Under the pieces are notes generated by a model. That model was not told where the DNA came from and ran no database searches. It saw only the letters and a program-made list of their open reading frames with translations. A stretch of DNA of 37,077 nucleotides from an uncultured Candidatus Saccharibacteria bacterium (GTDB taxonomy: Bacteria; Patescibacteriota; Minisyncoccia; Phycocordibacterales; JAACPR01), in NCBI GenBank assembly GCA_964461185.1, contig CAYWTD010000001.1, forward strand, positions 1-37,077, read 5' to 3'. Below are positions 23,764-34,261 of this stretch, piece by piece. Each line of letters begins with the position of its first letter. The first letter of the stretch is position 1. The translations under genes were made by a program, and so were the position numbers.

Positions 23764-24029
23764 CAGGCCTGCCGTTTCCGTTGCTCTTTCTCGAACGCCC
23801 GGCGGTGACCAGTGCAAAGGCCGTGAGTGGTATCGTCACCACAAGCGTAGCACGGACGATCACCGTAACCATCGTCATCCGATGCGCCCCGATCTTCCGC
23901 GACAACGGTCTTTTGATTATCCGGCAAGGGTTGAGTCTGACCCCGTTTTGCTGTATCAATACTCAATCCCCAAGGAGTGTTGATCATTGAGAACAAAGCT
24001 AGTTGGCCAGCAATATCTTTTTCCTTCAT
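23763..24029 (-). CDS. small Cys/His-motif protein, paralog 1 (88 aa)
   Basis: MKEKDIAG...RPCYACGDDTTHGLCTGHRRAFEKEQRKRQA*. An SD-like AGAGG lies 8 nt upstream and TGTGATATAAT further upstream. Several overlapping plus-strand ORFs are taken as GC-driven shadows. Confidence 0.55.
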   Translation of the reverse strand: MKEKDIAGQLALFSMINTPWGLSIDTAKRGQTQPLPDNQKTVVAEDRGASDDDGYGDRPCYACGDDTTHGLCTGHRRAFEKEQRKRQA

Positions 24030-24144
24030 TACAAACCTCTTTCTTTTTTAAATTTTTTAACGAACTCCTAACCTAATTAAATTATATCACAAGTTATGAA
24101 AAAATCAACTATTCTACACTTTCCCACTAAGATTTACTTTCTTG

Positions 24145-24218
24145 TCCCGGGGGGCGGAATTGAACCGTCGACCTTAGCTTTATGAGTGCTACGCTCTAAC
24201 CAACTGAGCTACCCCGGG
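24145..24218 (-). tRNA. tRNA with CAU anticodon (elongator Met, or Ile2 if lysidinylated)
   Basis: Minus strand reads CCCGGGG-TA-GCTC-AGTTGGTTA-GAGC-G-TAGCA-CTCATAA-AGCTA-AGGTC-GACGG-TTCAATT-CCGCC-CCCCGGG-A. There is one A.C mismatch in the T stem and one A.A at the base of the anticodon stem. Confidence 0.8.
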
Positions 24219-24362
24219 TAAAACATCACAGGAACAATATATCACACCAGCCAGACTACTATAATATTTTTCAACAAATTTCTCAAATAAGTTAATAAAT
24301 TCAGGCGCATCCAGTGTCTTGCGAAAATTCAAAAATTGTGTAATACTTTTTAGTACTAATAT

Positions 24363-24433
24363 CGCGGGATGGAGGAGTAGTACCTCGAGAGGCTCATAAC
24401 CTCTAGGCCCCGGTGCAATTCCGGGTCCCGCAA
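24363..24433 (+). tRNA. initiator tRNA-fMet (anticodon CAU)
   Basis: CGCGGGA-TG-GAGG-AGTAGTA-CCTC-G-AGAGG-CTCATAA-CCTCT-AGGC-CCCGG-TGCAATT-CCGGG-TCCCGCA-A. It has the C1xA72 mismatch and the CGCGGG...CCCGCAA ends of bacterial initiators. Confidence 0.8.
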
Positions 24434-24446
24434 CAATTTTTAGTCT

Positions 24447-25466
24447 CTATATAAAGTAAAATTCGCTGAAGACTTCCTTGTAAAGTTCTATTGCCTTTTC
24501 CGCTTCATCACGAGACAAAACATAATCAGTACCTTTGTGGGCAATTTGATTTCTAATTTTGTGTGCCTCCCAAGCCGAGTCGATCGTTAGAAAATCGCTT
24601 CTTTCAACTTTTTTTAATTTTTCTCCCAAAGAATCACCTTTGTACCCCATTTTACCGACCATGTCATCCAAAATAATATCAGCCTCTATAATTGCCTGCT
24701 TCCAATCATTTACGCTATGGGAATTAATTAAACTCTGAATATTTGCCCAACGACGATTACTAACATTTTCAGTTTTCGGCGCATCGTCCCCTGTTGGTAA
24801 ATTTTCTATTTCAATTTCGTTCACCGACTCATCTTCATTTGAAACATTTTCATCTGGACGATTTTTTGCTAAATCCTGTTCAGTAACTAATTCTTTTTGT
24901 TTTTTCTTTAACTTTTTCAAATCAGAAAATTTTAAATAGATAACAAAAATCAAAACTATAAATAAAATTGACAAGAAAACCAAAAATGGTTTTAAAATTC
25001 CAAAAGTAATTGGCAAAATATTAAAAACACTAAAGAGAACTGTTTTTGCGGTTAAATTATCACCCATAACCCAGCCGTCCGGAGAATTTTTGTAATCCAT
25101 TCTCCACCACTGTTTTGCGTATTTTTCCACCGGCCCAGCCAAAATTTTACCAACGGCCCGCGCAGGCTGTTTTCCAATTATCATTCCGGCCGGTTCGTTA
25201 CGAACAATTAATTCGCCTTTATTCATGGCGTTCTTTCCGGCCTCCAAATTTCCATTAGGGAAAAGACTAGCAAAGAAAGATAAATCCGCATCAGAATTTT
25301 CAGATTTTGAATCGCTGTCAAAAAAAGCATCATATTTTCTAAAAAGTTCTTTGCCGGCCATTGTTCCAGCAAAAACCATAATTAGTAAAATAATGAAAAT
25401 TAATTTCCAAGCTATTGCATGTCCATCTTCACCCGGAGGACTGGGTGCCTTTTTTTTATCTGCCAT
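24447..25466 (-). CDS. hypothetical multi-TM membrane protein
   Basis: 339 aa. One N-terminal TM, an extracytoplasmic segment, further TMs, and a soluble C-terminal domain (WKQAIIEADIILDDMVGKMGY...AHKIRNQIAHKG). Its start lies 2 nt after the gatA stop. Confidence 0.6.
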   Translation of the reverse strand: MADKKKAPSPPGEDGHAIAWKLIFIILLIMVFAGTMAGKELFRKYDAFFDSDSKSENSDADLSFFASLFPNGNLEAGKNAMNKGELIVRNEPAGMIIGKQPARAVGKILAGPVEKYAKQWWRMDYKNSPDGWVMGDNLTAKTVLFSVFNILPITFGILKPFLVFLSILFIVLIFVIYLKFSDLKKLKKKQKELVTEQDLAKNRPDENVSNEDESVNEIEIENLPTGDDAPKTENVSNRRWANIQSLINSHSVNDWKQAIIEADIILDDMVGKMGYKGDSLGEKLKKVERSDFLTIDSAWEAHKIRNQIAHKGTDYVLSRDEAEKAIELYKEVFSEFYFI

Positions 25467-25468
25467 AC

Positions 25469-26875
25469 TTATCTTATTGTCTCAAATTTCTTGCCAACTT
25501 GGAATAGACGATTCTCGCCAAGATGCGGAGCAATCAATTGAATACTGGTTGGTAAATTTTTATTTTCTCTTTCAACTGTGCCATCTGGAATAGAAATTGC
25601 CGGAACTCCGACCAAATTAACAAAGATTGTAAAAATATCAGCTAAATACATTTGAAGCGGGTCGTCTGCCCTCTCACCAATTTTAAAAGCTGGCACCGGA
25701 GATGTAGGTAAAATTATTAAATCAACTTTTTCAAAAGCCAATTCGAAATCTTTCTTAATCAAATTTCTAACTTGCCAGGCCTTGTTGTAATAATCATCAG
25801 CATAACCAGCTGATAAAACATAAGTTCCCAAAATTATTCTTCTTTTTACTTCTGCCCCAATCAAATTACCTCGGGTTTTAAAATAATGATCAATCAAATT
25901 TTTTCCTTCTGATTTTTCACCAAATTTTATACCATCATATCTCGCCATATTAGAAGAAACTTCTGCTGGCATCAGAGTGTAATAAACGGCCAAAGAATAA
26001 TCCAGGTTTGGCAAATCAATATCAACGATTTTATATCCAGCATCGCTAATTTTTTTCAAAGAATTTTCAAAATTTTCTAAAACATCTTTATCAAGTCCTT
26101 TTTGTAAATATGATCTTGGAACACCAATTATTTTTACTTCATCTGAAATTTCTCCAGAAACTGTCGTTGAATCTTTTATATCTTTTCCTTTTGTCGCATT
26201 AAAAATTAATTCAGCATCTTCGACAGATTTTGTAATTGGACCAATAACATCAAGAGAGCTGGCCATCGCCATCAAACCATATCTAGAAACTGAACCATAA
26301 GTCGGCTTTAGACCCACCACGCCGTTGAAACTGGCTGGCTGACGAATCGAACCACCAGTATCAGATCCCAGGGCTGCCATAGCACAATCCGCCGCCACCG
26401 CGACTGCAGAGCCCCCAGAGGAACCACCTGCAACTCTGTCAATATCAATTGCATTTTTTGTCACACCATATGCTGAATTTTCGGTTGAACCACCCATCGC
26501 AAATTCATCCATATTTGCACGACCAATAAACACAACTCCTTGGTCAATCAATTTCTGTGCAGCTGTTGATGTATAAGTCGCATTGTAATTTTCCAAAATT
26601 TTTGAACCAGCACTAGCAATTTTTCCTTCAATCAAAATATTGTCTTTAATCGCAAAAGGAATTCCAGTTAATTCTGTTCCCTTTCCTGAATCAATTATTT
26701 CTTGGGCACGAGAAATTTGATTATCAATATCACCATAAATTTCAAGATAAATATTGTATTCTGGATTTTTTGATTTTGAATTTTCCAAAAAATAATAAAC
26801 AAGTTCTTTTACAGTGATTTTTTTATCACGTAATAATTTTGAGGCAGATGTGATTGTTAAATTTTTGAAATCCAT
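25469..26875 (-). CDS. gatA: Asp-tRNA(Asn)/Glu-tRNA(Gln) amidotransferase subunit A
   Basis: 468 aa. Amidase signature GGSSGGSAVAVAA...GSDTGGSIRQPA. Directly downstream of gatC. Confidence 0.9.
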   Translation of the reverse strand: MDFKNLTITSASKLLRDKKITVKELVYYFLENSKSKNPEYNIYLEIYGDIDNQISRAQEIIDSGKGTELTGIPFAIKDNILIEGKIASAGSKILENYNATYTSTAAQKLIDQGVVFIGRANMDEFAMGGSTENSAYGVTKNAIDIDRVAGGSSGGSAVAVAADCAMAALGSDTGGSIRQPASFNGVVGLKPTYGSVSRYGLMAMASSLDVIGPITKSVEDAELIFNATKGKDIKDSTTVSGEISDEVKIIGVPRSYLQKGLDKDVLENFENSLKKISDAGYKIVDIDLPNLDYSLAVYYTLMPAEVSSNMARYDGIKFGEKSEGKNLIDHYFKTRGNLIGAEVKRRIILGTYVLSAGYADDYYNKAWQVRNLIKKDFELAFEKVDLIILPTSPVPAFKIGERADDPLQMYLADIFTIFVNLVGVPAISIPDGTVERENKNLPTSIQLIAPHLGENRLFQVGKKFETIR

Positions 26876-26876
26876 A

Positions 26877-27161
26877 TTACATAATCTTTTTTACTTTTAT
26901 ATAATCGCCTTCTCGATCAGGAGCAGATTCCAGAATTTTATTTTTGTTGACAGCACGTTCATGAGAGTTTTCATCTTCACGATAAACATTTCTAACGCTA
27001 GCGCTCTCTATTCTTCTTTCGGTCTCATTAGAAATAGCGTTTTTGATTTGGCCGACATATTCTAAAACAGCCTCTATTTCTTTGGCCATTTTAGCTAGAT
27101 CTATCTCTGATATTTCAATTCTCGCCAGATCAGCGAATTTTTTAACTTCTAGAGAATTCAT
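26877..27161 (-). CDS. gatC: Asp-tRNA(Asn)/Glu-tRNA(Gln) amidotransferase subunit C
   Basis: 94 aa. VKKFADLARIEISEIDLAKMAKEIEAVLEYV is the typical GatC N-terminus. Position is immediately upstream of gatA. Confidence 0.85.
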   Translation of the reverse strand: MNSLEVKKFADLARIEISEIDLAKMAKEIEAVLEYVGQIKNAISNETERRIESASVRNVYREDENSHERAVNKNKILESAPDREGDYIKVKKIM

Positions 27162-27199
27162 AGGGCTATAATAACACAGAGAATAAAAACCAAAAACCG

Positions 27200-29221
<2,022 letters not shown>

Positions 29222-29239
29222 CTATTTTAAACCCAAAAA

Positions 29240-29827
29240 CTATTGTACGCTACCAACCCTCAATGCCCTCTGGACTCTTCGTGGATTGTTAGGATCACAG
29301 GTATTATAACCATAGGAATCTATTTGATTTCTTATTACTGGTCTATCTGGATCAGAATCGTCATAAACTCTTCTAACAATAACGTGGGCACAATATGGCA
29401 ACTCAGCATCAAACGCCAAATAAAATTCTGTTGTAGCGGAGTTTTCGCCTTCTTGTGTAATTTCTAGACCTGGCAAATCTGTATAACTGTATCCATTAAC
29501 AGAATTAAAATCATTAAATAGATTTCTGTTTCCGTCGCTGCCTTTCCACGCACACCTGACTGTATCCTCATCAGTGGTCAAATCAGAACCTTCGCTATAT
29601 TTAAAAACCAAACCATCTTCTGGGGGATTCCACAACCAATATAAAGCGCACTCTATTCCGGTGTTTGCAGCATAAAAAGCGTATTGTGATTCTCGACTAG
29701 ATCCCGACAAAATTATCTGCTTTATAGAAAGATTTATAATTGACGCGCCGACTGCTAAAATTAAAACAGAAACCAAAACGGCAAATAATAAAGTGAAACC
29801 TTTTTTTGTATTGTTAAATTTCATCAT
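29240..29827 (-). CDS. pilin/pseudopilin-like protein
   Basis: 195 aa. N-terminal KKGFTLLFAVLVSVLILAV. Confidence 0.65.
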   Translation of the reverse strand: MMKFNNTKKGFTLLFAVLVSVLILAVGASIINLSIKQIILSGSSRESQYAFYAANTGIECALYWLWNPPEDGLVFKYSEGSDLTTDEDTVRCAWKGSDGNRNLFNDFNSVNGYSYTDLPGLEITQEGENSATTEFYLAFDAELPYCAHVIVRRVYDDSDPDRPVIRNQIDSYGYNTCDPNNPRRVQRALRVGSVQ

Positions 29828-30371
29828 ATATTGGTGGCCATCTTAACAAATTTTCTCTAGACTCTACTTCTTTTAAAACACCGTTATCTGTCAACCAGCC
29901 AACTTTTACTGTAATTTGTATTTCTTGATCACTTTCAACCTCGAGAATGTTGATTGTTCTATAAAATTTTGTTGATTCCCCATTAAAACCAAATTTGCCA
30001 GACGAACTAATTCTATTAAGAGTATTTAATTGTCCACACCCAGGGTCCGCGCTTTCGGTCGAACACAATTTTATATTATTATCATTTATAGTTGTATCAA
30101 CTGTACAAATATTAGAACCAAGACAATTGTCTAGACCATCAAGCCAGTCCCTAATATTTATAAAATTATCATCTCTTTTATTCTTTATAAATTCGATAGC
30201 ATCTTGTGCAAGATAATACGCGACTGTTTGGTCTCTTGCGATAAAAGCCGCTTTCAATCCACCCTGCGCGACGGCGAGAGGCCCGGTGATAGAAATTAGA
30301 AGTAAGAAAATTGCGACCAATGTTTCGACCATAGTAAATCCTTTATTTTTTTGTAATTTTGAAATTGTCAT
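29814..30371 (-). CDS. pilin/pseudopilin-like protein
   Basis: 185 aa. N-terminal NKGFTMVETLVAIFLLLISI. It overlaps the downstream gene by 14 nt. Confidence 0.7.
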   Translation of the reverse strand: MTISKLQKNKGFTMVETLVAIFLLLISITGPLAVAQGGLKAAFIARDQTVAYYLAQDAIEFIKNKRDDNFINIRDWLDGLDNCLGSNICTVDTTINDNNIKLCSTESADPGCGQLNTLNRISSSGKFGFNGESTKFYRTINILEVESDQEIQITVKVGWLTDNGVLKEVESRENLLRWPPIYDEI

Positions 30372-30919
30372 TATTCAAATTTTAATGCATTACTAAAATT
30401 TACGGTTCTGGGCGAAACAGTCGTCTGTATAATAAAATCTGAACTTACTCGTGAGGACGCCTCGGCGTAACCTTCGACAACCATCAAAAATCTGGGTTGT
30501 GATGAAACCCCACGATTGATCGGTTCTAAATAAAACTTGGTGATTTTAATTTGATTTGAAACAATAGGAATATAATTAGTACAAACATTTTTATCCGAGG
30601 ATTCGCATTTTTCAATTAAATCATTATCCCCGTTAAACCGATAAGTTACATAGTTAGCGGTAGATCTTTGATCTTTAAATCGATACAGTCCACCAAAATC
30701 GCTGATTTCTGTTGCAGTTTTTATCGTCCTTGTCATGCTCTCAAGGGTAAAGTTTAAATCGTTCATCACTGTCGTGAGAGTTTGAGATTTTCGATTAATA
30801 TCAACCGTTGTGGTAATCGCTCCAAATGTAATAACCACGACGATAGAAAAAAGAGCAACTGATAACAAAAGTTCAATTAAAGTAAATCCATTATTATTTT
30901 TAAGATCAAGAAATTTCAT
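30371..30919 (-). CDS. pilin/pseudopilin-like protein
   Basis: 182 aa. N-terminal NNGFTLIELLLSVALFSIVV. Confidence 0.7.
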   Translation of the reverse strand: MKFLDLKNNNGFTLIELLLSVALFSIVVVITFGAITTTVDINRKSQTLTTVMNDLNFTLESMTRTIKTATEISDFGGLYRFKDQRSTANYVTYRFNGDNDLIEKCESSDKNVCTNYIPIVSNQIKITKFYLEPINRGVSSQPRFLMVVEGYAEASSRVSSDFIIQTTVSPRTVNFSNALKFE

Positions 30920-30922
30920 TTA

Positions 30923-31654
30923 TCAATTATTACGAATCATCTCTACAGTAATTTGACCACTTTCTCTTACAACAACAGCTCTTTTGGATCCAGCTGTTGA
31001 TTTCAAGACGATTCCAATATTTAATTTATCGTCTTCAAAATATTCAGCATCGTCCGTTCTTATTATTGCATTTGTATATGGTCTCGCAAAAGTAACATGA
31101 GCGCTAGAAACCTGCGATTCGGCACATTCACCAGACAAAAGATCAACAGGATCAATTCCCTCTGGGCTGACACATAATTTATCAAAAGTAATTCCGCTAG
31201 ATAATCTTGCAACTCTTAGACATTCAAAAGTACAAATACCTGAGGAGACATTGCACAAAGAATCGTCTACTTCTTCAGAATTACACACACCATTTCCATC
31301 TGGTGAATCAATATCATCTTGATCAAAATTTGCTGGATAAAAATCAGCAAATGTCATAAATGCAGCATTTTTTTCACCACCAATAACTTCAAAAAATACG
31401 CCGTAGCGCGTGTTGAAAGAATCTACATCGCTAGGTAAATATGAATCACTAACACCTCTTACTCCCAAACCATAAACCTGTGCCTGTCTAATTTCAAGAG
31501 CAACTTCATAAGCCAAATTTGAAACGATAATATTGTTATTAAAATTTCCATAATTATAAATAACGATGGAAGTTAAAATAGAAAAAATTCCAATAACAAA
31601 AAGAAGCTCTAGAAGAGTGAAACCTTTTTTTGTATTTGTAATTTGCAATTTCAC
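30923..31654 (-). CDS. pilin/pseudopilin-like protein
   Basis: 243 aa. N-terminal KKGFTLLELLFVIGIFSIL. Confidence 0.7.
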   Translation of the reverse strand: MKLQITNTKKGFTLLELLFVIGIFSILTSIVIYNYGNFNNNIIVSNLAYEVALEIRQAQVYGLGVRGVSDSYLPSDVDSFNTRYGVFFEVIGGEKNAAFMTFADFYPANFDQDDIDSPDGNGVCNSEEVDDSLCNVSSGICTFECLRVARLSSGITFDKLCVSPEGIDPVDLLSGECAESQVSSAHVTFARPYTNAIIRTDDAEYFEDDKLNIGIVLKSTAGSKRAVVVRESGQITVEMIRNN

Positions 31655-31657
31655 AGT

Positions 31658-32467
31658 TTAGAAAAATAAACTTACGCCGATAACATCAATTTCCAAAAAA
31701 AATTCAATCAAGGTTCCGGCGATAAGGAATGGCGCGAACGGTATTTCAGTCTTCATTGTAATGTTTTTATGCTTATTCTTCAATCTTTCTATCAACATCA
31801 ATCCAATTGCAAAAACCGCACCAATCCAAAAAGCCAAAATAACCGCAGATATTCCCTTTACAAAACCCAAATACCAACCAATTCCCAGTGCTAATTTGCC
31901 GTCGCCAAGACCAACCCAGCGACCAGATGAAATAAACCATAAAATAAAGAACGGCAAGAATAAAATAAAGCCGGAAAGAATATTAAGTAAAGAAATCGTC
32001 GAATATTCAAAATAAATAGGATTCATTATTATGACTTGGATGAAAGAAAATATCGCAAATGAATAAGAAAAACCGTCGGGAATTATTTTGTGTCGCAAAT
32101 CATAAACAAAAGTGACAATTAAAATAGAAAAAATAATAGCATTCCAAACAAAATACATCGCCATCAGATATGGCGCGCCAAGTAATGGCAACGCCGTCCA
32201 AAACAATAAAGTGAATAAGGCAGCTGTAAAAAATTCAACCAGAGGATATTGAATAGAAATTTTTGATCCGCATTTTCGGCAACGACCTTTTAATAAAAGC
32301 CAACTAAGAATTGGGATCATGTCGCGTGCCAACAATTTTTCTCCACAACTGAGACACCCGGATCTGCCACCAACAGTTTTTCCGGTGTTATATCGCAAAA
32401 TAACAACATTTAAAAAACTGCCAATTATGGCGCCCAGAGCAAAAATAAAAATAAATCCAGAAATCAT
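31658..32467 (-). CDS. pilD: prepilin peptidase (A24 family)
   Basis: 269 aa, polytopic. Has the CxxC...CxxC zinc cluster (CLSCGEKL...CRKCGSKI). The catalytic-region motif GLGDGKL is present. Confidence 0.85.
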   Translation of the reverse strand: MISGFIFIFALGAIIGSFLNVVILRYNTGKTVGGRSGCLSCGEKLLARDMIPILSWLLLKGRCRKCGSKISIQYPLVEFFTAALFTLLFWTALPLLGAPYLMAMYFVWNAIIFSILIVTFVYDLRHKIIPDGFSYSFAIFSFIQVIIMNPIYFEYSTISLLNILSGFILFLPFFILWFISSGRWVGLGDGKLALGIGWYLGFVKGISAVILAFWIGAVFAIGLMLIERLKNKHKNITMKTEIPFAPFLIAGTLIEFFLEIDVIGVSLFF

Positions 32468-32498
32468 TAATCAATTATACCAAATTAGTTTTTAATTT

Positions 32499-32535
32499 AT
32501 AACAAAACACCACGGCTAGCGCGGTGTTTTGTTAT
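32499..32535 (-). terminator. strong hairpin terminator after the major pilin gene
   Basis: AACAAAACACC (32501-32511) pairs with GGTGTTTTGTT (32523-32533). Confidence 0.7.
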
Positions 32536-32552
32536 TAAATATAGAATGAGGG

Positions 32553-32948
32553 CTATTCGCAAGATATGCCTGTTGGTGCGACAGCTGGATTACCGGTATA
32601 TCCACTGTCATCAACACAATAAATAACGCCTCCTGATAATGTTACATATGCCGCCCAACCATCAACATCATCATTACAGTATTCGCCCTCAGTACCACCA
32701 TCAGATTTGCCGACTGCAGAATCAAAAATCGCTTTTGTCCTTGTTCCGGCGGTACAAACATCATCGTAGCCATCTCCATCAGATTGAAGCTCGGCCTCTA
32801 TTCTTAGCGAACCAAGTTCAGCCATTGCAGCTGCATCCTTACCCTTTTGTCTTGCTGTGTTTAGTGAAGCAAGAACAACTGATGAGAGAATACCAATGAT
32901 CGCAATTACAACCAAAAGTTCAATCAAAGTAAAACCTTGTTTTTTCAT
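32553..32948 (-). CDS. type IV major pilin-like protein
   Basis: 131 aa. MKKQGFTLIELLVVIAIIGILSSVVLASLNTAR is the canonical prepilin leader, cleavage site and alpha1 helix. It has a C-terminal Cys pair, its own long 5' UTR and a strong terminator. Confidence 0.85.
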   Translation of the reverse strand: MKKQGFTLIELLVVIAIIGILSSVVLASLNTARQKGKDAAAMAELGSLRIEAELQSDGDGYDDVCTAGTRTKAIFDSAVGKSDGGTEGEYCNDDVDGWAAYVTLSGGVIYCVDDSGYTGNPAVAPTGISCE

Positions 32949-33079
32949 AATAATTAATTTAAATTTAAATTTTAAAAGCTTTTTTAGAAATAGGTTTCTA
33001 GAGAACCTAAATAAAGCTTGTATAAATTATACTTTCTTTATCAGGTTTATACAAATAGACAATATCCACAAACAGAAAA

Positions 33080-34225
33080 CTATCTAATTATTTTAAATCG
33101 AATATAACGGCAAATCGCCCCCAGAGAAGTAATAGTAAACAGAACAATCAACCAATTTCCGACAACCGGAACAAATTGTAAACCGGTCAACGCCACCACT
33201 CCAAATGTTGCACCCTGGAAATCAACTCCCACATCTTGGTTATCGCCAAACTTTTTCTTTAACAAATTACCAACAAAAATTCCCGAAACTGCCGGAGAAA
33301 TAACAGTAATAAAAGTCATCGCTATCATAAACAGAAATCCAATTGGTAGTGCAACTAAACTAATAAATGAAACCACAATCAAAAGTGGAGCAAAAAAGAT
33401 AACCAAAAATCCTGTAAGAAAACTTTTCCAAAAAGAATTTCTGGCGAGATCAACAACTTCCTGAGAAAAAACTTTGAAAACATAAACCAAGATAAACGCC
33501 AAAATCAAAGTTGTAATAAATCGGAGTAAATACCAAAAACTGATAAAACTTAACAAAATTTTCTTTATAAATCCCGAATCACGAATTGCATCAATTTCAT
33601 TAAACTTCATTTGACCAGAAATTGCGGTGGCCACTGACTCATTAATTTTATTTGGAGCGTAATATGAAAAAGTTCCAGAAATTTTAGCATTCGAACTTAT
33701 TTGTAAATTTTGAGTTGTAATTTCTGAAGCGCCAGATAATTCTCCATTTATAAAAACTTTTCCACCAATCATTTTAATTTCAGCGCTTGAATTGTTCTCT
33801 ATTATTATTGAACCACCAACAGCAAAAATTTCTTTGTTTATAACAGCGCCTGGTAAAATATTAACTTCTCCGCCCAAAACCAGGACGTCCCCAACAACTT
33901 CCCCGCTAATTGAAACATTTCCGCCGACAATTCGCAGATCACCAAAAGTTTTTCCAGAAAAATCTATTTTCCCGCCAAGCAAAAATACATCGCCGGTAAT
34001 ATTTCCCGTAACTTTTACTTCACCACCAAAAATTACCAAATCTTCTGATAGGTTTCCTTCAACAATCGATTTTACTGCGCCAATATAAAGATTCTCGGAA
34101 TATTCTTTTTCAACTCCGATAAAAACTTCTGAACGATTCAATATTTCCGCAGCAAAAGATAGATTTGGCAATATCGCCCAAAGAAAGCCAACAAAAATAG
34201 AAAATATAGGAATTAGTCTTTTCAT
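33080..34225 (-). CDS. membrane protein with an N-terminal bactofilin-like repeat (beta-helix) domain and a C-terminal multi-TM domain
   Basis: The track start is TTG 34243. ATG 34225 (MKRLIPIFSIFVGF...) is preferred. It contains repeated G(D/E)(V/L)xxxGGxVxxxG units (GDVFLLGGKIDFSG, GDLRIVGGNVSISG, GDVLVLGGEVNILPG). Four or more TM helices follow. Confidence 0.6.
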   Translation of the reverse strand: MKRLIPIFSIFVGFLWAILPNLSFAAEILNRSEVFIGVEKEYSENLYIGAVKSIVEGNLSEDLVIFGGEVKVTGNITGDVFLLGGKIDFSGKTFGDLRIVGGNVSISGEVVGDVLVLGGEVNILPGAVINKEIFAVGGSIIIENNSSAEIKMIGGKVFINGELSGASEITTQNLQISSNAKISGTFSYYAPNKINESVATAISGQMKFNEIDAIRDSGFIKKILLSFISFWYLLRFITTLILAFILVYVFKVFSQEVVDLARNSFWKSFLTGFLVIFFAPLLIVVSFISLVALPIGFLFMIAMTFITVISPAVSGIFVGNLLKKKFGDNQDVGVDFQGATFGVVALTGLQFVPVVGNWLIVLFTITSLGAICRYIRFKIIR

Positions 34226-34261
34226 AACTATAAAATAGCACAAAAAGCCAAAAATAAAAGT

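Noticed and set aside
23554-23990. Plus-strand ORFs 23554..23808, 23669..23983 and 23691..23990, and minus-strand ORF 23723..23959, in the GC-rich islet
   Set aside because: These are long open frames in all phases, as expected from high G+C, which leaves few stop codons. Only the two minus-strand genes have an SD or promoter, TGATG coupling, a shared Cys/His motif and a terminator.
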